DNA from: Syntrophorhabdaceae bacterium
GTDB taxonomy: Bacteria > Desulfobacterota > Syntrophorhabdia > Syntrophorhabdales > Syntrophorhabdaceae
DNA: 64,000 nucleotides
NCBI GenBank assembly: GCA_963665295.1
Contig: OY762209.1
Location: forward strand, 320,001-384,000
Reading direction: 5' to 3'
Below, one piece after another: positions 57,897 through 64,000 of the stretch (its first letter is position 1; each line of letters starts with the position of its first letter). The notes under the pieces were generated by a model that worked only from the letters and a program-made list of their open reading frames with translations, made no database searches and had not been told where the DNA came from. The translations under genes were made by a program, and so were the position numbers.

Positions 57897-58823
57897 GTGA
57901 ACTCGTACCGGCTCTCCTATCTTCAGCACCTCGAATCGGAATCGATCCACATCATGCGGGAAGTGGCTGCCGGGTTTAAGAACCCCGTCATGCTCTATTC
58001 CGCGGGCAAGGATTCGAGCGTGATGGTGCGGCTGGCCCAGAAGGCATTCTATCCGGGCACGTTTCCCTTTCCCCTCATGCACATCGATACGGGATTCAAG
58101 TTCCCCGAGATGTACGCCTTCCGGGAGGAATTCTGCCGGAGGATCGGAGCGGAGCTTATTGTGGAGAGGAATGAACCCTGGATTGCCCGGGGTTGTCACC
58201 CTCTCACCACCGGCGTCGACAAATGTTGCAGCTATCTGAAGACGGGCGCCTTGCTCGACGCGATTCGCACCCACGGGTTTGATGCGGCATTCGGCGGGGC
58301 AAGGCGTGAAGAGGAGAAATCCCGGGCCAAGGAGCGGGTCTTTTCCCTGAGGGACGCCTCCGGTCAATGGGACCCGAAGCATCAGCGGCCCGAGTTATGG
58401 GACCTCTACAATACCCGGATCAACGAGGGAGAAACGGTGCGGGTCTTTCCCTTGAGCAACTGGACGGAGCAGGACATCTGGGAATACATCAAGGCGGAGG
58501 AGATTCCCGTGGTACCCATCTATTTCGCCTCCGAACGGGAGGTGGTCATCCGTAACGGCATACTTATCCCCCTTGCCGCCTGTTCGGCAGGCAACCACCA
58601 GACCCAAAGGGACCGGGCCGGAGAAAAGGTCGAAAGAGTCATGTGCCGGTTCCGCTCGTTGGGCTGCATTCCGTGCACCGGTGCGGTCGCTTCGAAGGCG
58701 GCCACTATCGACGACATCATCGTCGAAGTCCGGGCCGCGAGAAAATCAGAAAGGGAAAACCGCGTCATTGATCTCACGAGTGACAGCTCCATGGAACAGA
58801 AGAAGCGGGAGGGGTATTTCTGA
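57897..58823 (+). CDS. cysD: Sulfate adenylyltransferase subunit 2
   Basis: LESESIHIMREV, YSAGKDS, GGARREEEKSRAKERVFS, VRVFPLSNWTE, SMEQKKREGYF. Confidence 0.96.
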   Translation: MNSYRLSYLQHLESESIHIMREVAAGFKNPVMLYSAGKDSSVMVRLAQKAFYPGTFPFPLMHIDTGFKFPEMYAFREEFCRRIGAELIVERNEPWIARGCHPLTTGVDKCCSYLKTGALLDAIRTHGFDAAFGGARREEEKSRAKERVFSLRDASGQWDPKHQRPELWDLYNTRINEGETVRVFPLSNWTEQDIWEYIKAEEIPVVPIYFASEREVVIRNGILIPLAACSAGNHQTQRDRAGEKVERVMCRFRSLGCIPCTGAVASKAATIDDIIVEVRAARKSERENRVIDLTSDSSMEQKKREGYF

Positions 58824-60751
58824 TGCCTTACGGCGAAAAGTCCCTTCTCCGGTTCACCGCCACGGGCAGCGTGGATGACGGGAAATCCACCCTTATCGGC
58901 AGGCTCCTCTACGAGACGAAATCCGTTTATGAAGACCAGTACGAGGCGATCGAGCGGACTTCCAGGAGAAAGGGATTCAAGGAGGTCGATCTCGCCTGGC
59001 TTCTCGACGGCCTTGCCGCGGAGCGGGAACAGGGCATCACCATCGACGTGGCCCATCGCTATTTCGAGACGGATAAGCGCAAGTTCATCATTACCGACAC
59101 GCCCGGCCATGTCCAGTATACGAGAAACATGGTCACGGGGGCATCGATTGCCGATTGCGCCGTTATCCTCATCGACGCCCGGAACGGGGTCCTTACCCAG
59201 TCCAAAAGGCACGGGTTCATCCTCTCTCTCCTGCAGATCCCCCACCTCGTGGTGGCAGTCAACAAGATGGACCTCGTGGGGTACGCGGAGGAGGTCTATG
59301 CCCGCATCGTAGAGGCGTACCAGGATTATTCCCAGAAACTGGACATCCACGACATCACCTTTATCCCCGTATCAGCCCTGAAGGGGGATAACGTAGTGAG
59401 AAAGAGCACCCGCATGGGCTGGTATGAGGGCGCACCCCTTCTCCACCACCTCGAAAACATCCACGTCGCTGCCGGCAGGAACCTTGTGGACTTCCGCTTT
59501 CCCGTCCAGTATGTAATCCGTCCCCACCAGAATTTCCGGGGTTTTGCGGGAAAGATCGCCTCGGGAACCATCACCCCGGGAGAAGAGATCGTGGTCCTGC
59601 CCTCCGGGACCGGGGCCGCGGTAAAGACCATCACCACCTACGACGGCGATCTGCAAGAGGCCTTCGCCCCTCAATCGGTGGTGCTTACCCTGGACAGGGA
59701 GATCGATGTAAGCCGGGGGGACATGATCGTCCGGAAGAGGAACCTGCCCCAGGGCGAAACCCGTCTCGACGCGATGGTCTGCTGGATGGACGAGACGGCG
59801 TCGTCCATGGCCGTTTCCTACATCATGAAGCAGACGACGCGCCACGTCCGGGCAGTTATCAAAAAGATAGTCTATAAGATAGACGTGGATACCCTGCACC
59901 GGACTCCGGCCGACGCCTTTTCGCTGAACGAGATCGGCAGGGTGGAAATCTCCACCGCTTCTCCCATCTTCTTCGATCCCTATAAGGCCAACCGCGCCAC
60001 AGGCAGCTTTATCCTCATTGATCCCCTGACCCACAACACGGTTGCCGCGGGAATGATCCGGGGTGTGCCCGGCCACGTTCATGGCATCCCCGGTGGGGGC
60101 GGCCGGATAGGGAAAGAGGGGCCCATATCGCCCCACGTCGTGTGGAAGGCCGGGAACATCCCCCTCAAGGCAAGGGAAGAGCGAAACGGCCACCGCTCCG
60201 CCGTGCTCTGGTTCACGGGCTTTTCCGGCTCAGGCAAATCGACCGTCGCCGGACTGCTGGAACAGAGACTCTTCGACGCGGGCTGCCGGACCATGCTCCT
60301 CGACGGAGACCACCTCAGGCACGGCCTCTGCGGAGACCTCGGGTTCTCCGAAAAGGACCGGCAGGAGAATATACGCCGCGCAGGGGAGACGGCGAAGCTC
60401 TTCTTTGAGGCGGGGCATATCGTCCTGTGCACCTTTATCTCCCCTTTCGCGAGAGACAGGCGGTTCGTCCGTTCCCTCTTCCCGGAAAAGAGCTTCTTCG
60501 AGGTCCATGTCAAGTGCGGCATTGAGACGTGCATCAGCCGCGATCCCCACGGTCTCTATAAGAAGGCCCTCGCAGGAGATATCCCCGGGTTTACCGGCAT
60601 CAGTTCTCCCTACGAAGAACCGACGGTCCCTGAAATCGTCGTGGATACGGATTTTCAAAGTGTGGAGGAAAGCAACACCCTTCTCTTCGGCAGGCTGATA
60701 GAAGAGGGGATCGTCCCTTCATGTCCGCTTCCTCCGCAAGGCTTTTCATGA
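58823..60751 (+). CDS. cysNC: Bifunctional sulfate adenylyltransferase subunit 1 / APS kinase
   Basis: GSVDDGKSTLIGRLL, EREQGITIDVA, DTPGH, NKMD; APS kinase WFTGFSGSGKST, LDGD, FISPF, FTGISSPYE. Confidence 0.95.
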   Translation: MPYGEKSLLRFTATGSVDDGKSTLIGRLLYETKSVYEDQYEAIERTSRRKGFKEVDLAWLLDGLAAEREQGITIDVAHRYFETDKRKFIITDTPGHVQYTRNMVTGASIADCAVILIDARNGVLTQSKRHGFILSLLQIPHLVVAVNKMDLVGYAEEVYARIVEAYQDYSQKLDIHDITFIPVSALKGDNVVRKSTRMGWYEGAPLLHHLENIHVAAGRNLVDFRFPVQYVIRPHQNFRGFAGKIASGTITPGEEIVVLPSGTGAAVKTITTYDGDLQEAFAPQSVVLTLDREIDVSRGDMIVRKRNLPQGETRLDAMVCWMDETASSMAVSYIMKQTTRHVRAVIKKIVYKIDVDTLHRTPADAFSLNEIGRVEISTASPIFFDPYKANRATGSFILIDPLTHNTVAAGMIRGVPGHVHGIPGGGGRIGKEGPISPHVVWKAGNIPLKAREERNGHRSAVLWFTGFSGSGKSTVAGLLEQRLFDAGCRTMLLDGDHLRHGLCGDLGFSEKDRQENIRRAGETAKLFFEAGHIVLCTFISPFARDRRFVRSLFPEKSFFEVHVKCGIETCISRDPHGLYKKALAGDIPGFTGISSPYEEPTVPEIVVDTDFQSVEESNTLLFGRLIEEGIVPSCPLPPQGFS

Positions 60752-60755
60752 TGCA

Positions 60756-60787
60756 GCGGCACTCCCCGTAGCAAGAGGGAGTGCCGC
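60756..60787. terminator. Hairpin between convergent cysNC and tail-collar genes
   Basis: Perfect 11-bp stem GCGGCACTCCC/GGGAGTGCCGC. Confidence 0.6.
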
Positions 60788-60817
60788 GCCATAACAAATT
60801 TTGTCAAACCGACCGGT

Positions 60818-61351
60818 TCAGGGCCTAGCCGGGTATGTCCCATCCCAGCAGATGCAGAAGTTTAGCGCCTGGAACGGTTGCCTGTTTTCGTGGCTCTGCC
60901 CGTCGCCCCCGCTTATCTGAACGGTAAGAGGACTCAGGGAAGCGAGGTTTGCAGCGGCCTCCTTATAGAACTTGGGATTGCCGGGGGTGCCGCCCTTAAC
61001 GGCCGCCACTATCATTCCAGCCGGATTGGAGGTCGTGGCGGCTTCCTGTTCCGCATAGGCGGTGTGGGTATGGCCGGGCATCGTGTCTATCGACAATGCC
61101 ACCCCTGCGGCTCCTCTTGTCTGGCCCAGGCTCCATGGGGACAGACCCGGGCCTGTTCCCATGCCCACGGGCACCGTCTGGGAAAGGTCCGGCACGTTGA
61201 AGACTTTATTGTTGCCGCCGTAAGTATTTCCGATAACCTGATAGAGAGCCTGGTACTGCTGGACATTCACCTGCTGCCCATTGCAAAATAACCAGCCCAT
61301 CGGCTCGTAGTCATATGTAAACACTCTGATTTCACCGACAAATCCATCCAT
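60818..61351 (-). CDS. Phage tail-collar domain (MdpB-like) protein, type A copy 1
   Basis: FVGEIR.F, GWLFCNGQ, IG.TYGG, F.VPDL, HTH, HENRQP, FCIC..G.YP. Confidence 0.9.
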   Translation of the reverse strand: MDGFVGEIRVFTYDYEPMGWLFCNGQQVNVQQYQALYQVIGNTYGGNNKVFNVPDLSQTVPVGMGTGPGLSPWSLGQTRGAAGVALSIDTMPGHTHTAYAEQEAATTSNPAGMIVAAVKGGTPGNPKFYKEAAANLASLSPLTVQISGGDGQSHENRQPFQALNFCICWDGTYPARP

Positions 61352-61366
61352 AGCATCCTCCTCTCG

Positions 61367-61888
61367 TTATTGGCCTGAAGGGAACAGCCCGCTTGCTGCG
61401 ATAATGAAATTGACGCATGACGAAGGCATTATGTTCGCATGGGGCATGCCTCCTCCGGTGCTCATTATTGCCCTCGGATCGAGGGCCATGGGATTTGTCT
61501 TCGCGTCATACAAAGGAACATCCGCTGCCGTTACAGCCGGCATCACCCCCGTCCCCGGCATGGCGGTCGCAGCCGCAGCCGGGGAAGCCGCCAGTCCGTG
61601 AGCGTGCGGGGGCCATCCGTCTGCGGGGACAACCACCGCTTCCGTGCCGAAATACTGGCCTATTGGCCTTGGAGTCAGCCCCGTTCCGGCGCCCTGGCCT
61701 ACGGGGAGCCTTCCACGAAAGTCGGGTACGCAAAAAGTCTGTGCACCGTTGCCGCCAAAAGTCGTACTCAGCACGGCAAAGAGGTTGGGGTACTGCGATA
61801 TGGGCAGCTCACTCCCATCACATAACAGCCATCCCTGGGGGGCATAGTTTCCCGCAAACATCTTTATCTCTCCTATAAAAGGTTGCAT
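61367..61888 (-). CDS. Phage tail-collar domain (MdpB-like) protein, type B copy 1
   Basis: FIGEIKMFAGNYAP.GW..CDG, PDFRGRLPVGQG.G.GLT, HAH, PHANIMP. Confidence 0.9.
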   Translation of the reverse strand: MQPFIGEIKMFAGNYAPQGWLLCDGSELPISQYPNLFAVLSTTFGGNGAQTFCVPDFRGRLPVGQGAGTGLTPRPIGQYFGTEAVVVPADGWPPHAHGLAASPAAAATAMPGTGVMPAVTAADVPLYDAKTNPMALDPRAIMSTGGGMPHANIMPSSCVNFIIAASGLFPSGQ

Positions 61889-61908
61889 TGTTCCCTCCTT
61901 ATGTTTTC

Positions 61909-62418
61909 CTATTGCCTCGACGGATAGAGCCCCGTTGTCGCTATGTAATACGCAGCCACAAGGGATGGTTGCATGTTGCTGTGGCTCTGTGCGCCGCCCG
62001 AAGAACTCGTGCTGTCGTCCATTGCCACTGTGTTGGCGGGCGCTCCGTACAAGTTCGTGGTAGATGCGGCAAGGAGCCGGTTGGAATTCGTTCCCACCCC
62101 GGGCTTGTCGGCATTTTCAGAGCTCCCTATGTACCCATGCATATGGGGCGGAACGGTAACCGTACTCAGAGCCACCGTTTCCGCGCCCCCCATGGTCCCT
62201 ACCACGCAAGCCCCGTAGAAAAACATCGGGGTCCTCCCCCTTAAGTCGGGGATACCGAAAGTCGCCTTTCCGTCTCCGCCGTACCGGATGCCGAGAAGAG
62301 CATAGAGTGCCTGGTTTTGCGCAATCTGCAACAACCTCCCGTCACACGGGAGCCACCCGTACATGTCCTTCACGAACCCCATCAATCTTATTTCACCTAA
62401 ATAAGGTTCCATCGCCAT
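61909..62418 (-). CDS. Phage tail-collar domain (MdpB-like) protein, type C copy 1
   Basis: YLGEIRL, CDGRLL.I.QNQALYALLG..YGGDG, PDLRGRTP, HMH, HSNMQPSL. Confidence 0.9.
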   Translation of the reverse strand: MAMEPYLGEIRLMGFVKDMYGWLPCDGRLLQIAQNQALYALLGIRYGGDGKATFGIPDLRGRTPMFFYGACVVGTMGGAETVALSTVTVPPHMHGYIGSSENADKPGVGTNSNRLLAASTTNLYGAPANTVAMDDSTSSSGGAQSHSNMQPSLVAAYYIATTGLYPSRQ

Positions 62419-62528
62419 ACCTCCTCTGTTTGATTAGAAAACCTTTGTCCGAACTCTCTTCCTCGAAGGTCCACCTCCATTCCGTGGCAGGATACCGACC
62501 TCGTAACAGATCCGTCGATCAACCCGTT

Positions 62529-63071
62529 TCATCCAGGCCGGCGCGGAAATATCCCGTCATAACAGATGCAAAAATTCACCGCCTGGCACGGTTGCATGTT
62601 GTTATGGCCCTTCCGGTCACCCGACAACTCAACAGCAGCCTTGTCCAGGTAAACCAGGTATTGCGCCTGAGCGTTCGCTCTATAGAACTGCGGGTTGCCC
62701 GGGGTACCGGCCTTGACCGAAGCGACTATCATCCCTGCCGGGTCCGAAGTCGTGGCGTTTTCCTGCTCCGCATAAGCCTGGTGGGAGTGACTCGGTATCT
62801 GGTCGGCAGTCAGCGACACGAGCGTTTCCCCGCCCGCTGCGCCCAGACGCCATGGGGACAAGCCCTGGGCAGCCCCCATGCCTACGGGTACGCGGCCCTT
62901 CAGATCAGGCAGATTGAAGCCTTTGGCGTCGCCGCCGTAAGTGTTTCCGATCACCGCGTAGAGAGCTGCATACTGCCGAACGCTCACTTGCTGCCCGTTG
63001 CAGAAGAGCCATCCCTGAGGCTCGAAGTCAAACGAAAACGTCCTTATTTCACCGACATATGGGTCCGCCAT
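62529..63071 (-). CDS. Phage tail-collar domain (MdpB-like) protein, type A copy 2
   Basis: Shares AYAEQE.ATTS.PAGMIVA.VK.GTPGNP.FY with 60818-61351; HSH, HNNMQP. Confidence 0.9.
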   Translation of the reverse strand: MADPYVGEIRTFSFDFEPQGWLFCNGQQVSVRQYAALYAVIGNTYGGDAKGFNLPDLKGRVPVGMGAAQGLSPWRLGAAGGETLVSLTADQIPSHSHQAYAEQENATTSDPAGMIVASVKAGTPGNPQFYRANAQAQYLVYLDKAAVELSGDRKGHNNMQPCQAVNFCICYDGIFPRRPG

Positions 63072-63084
63072 AATATCCTCCTTG

Positions 63085-63606
63085 CTATGGGTTTGAAGGG
63101 AATTCTCCGCTCGTGGCGATAATGAAATTGATGCATGATGAAGGCATCACGTTCGCGTGGGGCTGGTTGCCTCCCGCAACCCCTATCGCCCTCTGATCAA
63201 GGGGCTTGCGGTTTGTCTTTGCGTCATACAAAGGGACCTGGGGCGACGTCTTCGCCAACACCACTTCCTTGCCCGGCGTTCCGGTCACGACCCCCTCCGA
63301 GGAGGCCAGCAACTTGTGATTGTGAGGGGGGCACCCCGTCAATGATATTGTCGCCGTTTCCGCACCGAAGTACTGACCCATCACCCTGCGGGTCAACCCC
63401 GTTCCGAGGCCCTGGCCGACCGGGACCCTCCCGCGCAAGTCGGGCACGCGAAATTTCATCACGCCGTCGCCGCCGTAAGTGATACCCAGCAGGGCAAAGA
63501 GGGCCGGGTTCTCCCCTATGGACAATTCGCTCCCATCACACAGGCACCATCCGTCGGGGGCAAAGTCCCCGGCAAACATTCTTATTTCCCCTATAAAGTT
63601 TTCCAT
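63085..63606 (-). CDS. Phage tail-collar domain (MdpB-like) protein, type B copy 2
   Basis: Shares GQYFG.E, VPLYDAKTN..LD.RAI and PHAN.MPSSC.NFIIA with 61367-61888; HNH. Confidence 0.9.
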   Translation of the reverse strand: MENFIGEIRMFAGDFAPDGWCLCDGSELSIGENPALFALLGITYGGDGVMKFRVPDLRGRVPVGQGLGTGLTRRVMGQYFGAETATISLTGCPPHNHKLLASSEGVVTGTPGKEVVLAKTSPQVPLYDAKTNRKPLDQRAIGVAGGNQPHANVMPSSCINFIIATSGEFPSNP

Positions 63607-63623
63607 GGTTCCCTCCTGTCTTC

Positions 63624-64000
63624 CTATTGCCGTTGCGGATACAGCCCCAAGGACGCGATGTAATACGCGGTCACCACCGACGGCTGCATGTTGTCGTGGC
63701 CTGTAATACCGTCCCCCACAGGGTCCAGATCGTCATCCATGGCCACCATATGGACGGGCCCTCCGTACAGGTTCACGGTGGATGAGGCAAGGAGCCGGTT
63801 CGAACCTGTCCCTACCCCGGGTTTGTCGGCACTCTCCGTGGTCGCCGTAAACCCGTGACTATGAGGAGGAGTGTTGGCCGTGGCGAGGGCCACCGTCTCT
63901 GTGCCGACTTTAGCTCCCACACTGTAAACTCCGTAGAAATGCATGGGGGTCCTTCCCCTCAGGTCCGGAAGGCAGAAGGTCGTTTTCCCGTCCCCGCCGT
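63624..64000 (-). CDS. Phage tail-collar domain (MdpB-like) protein, type C copy 2 (5' truncated by window edge)
   Basis: GGDGKTTFCLPDLRGRTPM; ADKPGVGT.SNRLLA.ST.NLYG shared with 61909-62418; HSH, HDNMQPS. Confidence 0.88.
   Translation of the reverse strand, partial: GGDGKTTFCLPDLRGRTPMHFYGVYSVGAKVGTETVALATANTPPHSHGFTATTESADKPGVGTGSNRLLASSTVNLYGGPVHMVAMDDDLDPVGDGITGHDNMQPSVVTAYYIASLGLYPQRQ

Noticed and set aside
60818..64000. Prophage interpretation of the tail-collar genes
   Set aside because: No capsid, terminase, tape-measure, baseplate or integrase genes in the window; the triad pattern fits chromosomal MdpB-like loci (flank beyond 64000 unseen)

Overview
A GC-rich bacterial chromosomal window with gene content typical of an anaerobic, signalling-rich deltaproteobacterium (Desulfobacterota/Syntrophorhabdus-like; this is inferred from gene families, not established). 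No rRNA, tRNA, CRISPR array or intact mobile element was found. Main blocks: (1) the 3' end of ppdK and several multi-PAS signalling genes; (2) a three-gene operon (10483->7611, minus strand) encoding a TIGR04222-like membrane protein with a Gly/Cys-repeat tail, a radical SAM/SPASM enzyme and a nucleotidyltransferase-fold protein, a candidate RiPP-like or protein-tail modification system; (3) an ~18.5 kb phosphate-starvation island (26.5-45 kb) holding phoBR, pstSCAB-phoU, a second pstS coupled to a hybrid kinase, psd, a HAD phosphatase, an OlsB-like acyltransferase, an MCP and an EAL/GGDEF protein, where seven promoter regions share an 11-bp-periodic TTAACA-type repeat (candidate Pho box); (4) an rpoH-like sigma factor with a sigma54-type promoter and palindromic upstream sites; (5) dinB, a diguanylate cyclase and a Pat-like acetyltransferase; (6) a TSUP-cysD-cysNC unit converging on at least six tandem tail-collar (MdpB-like) genes arranged as two paralogous triads. 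Two intergenic stretches (6593-6795, 25407-25549) can be folded by eye into multi-stem RNAs, and two small genes absent from the ORF track were found. All calls come from motif recognition by eye; no database searches were run.
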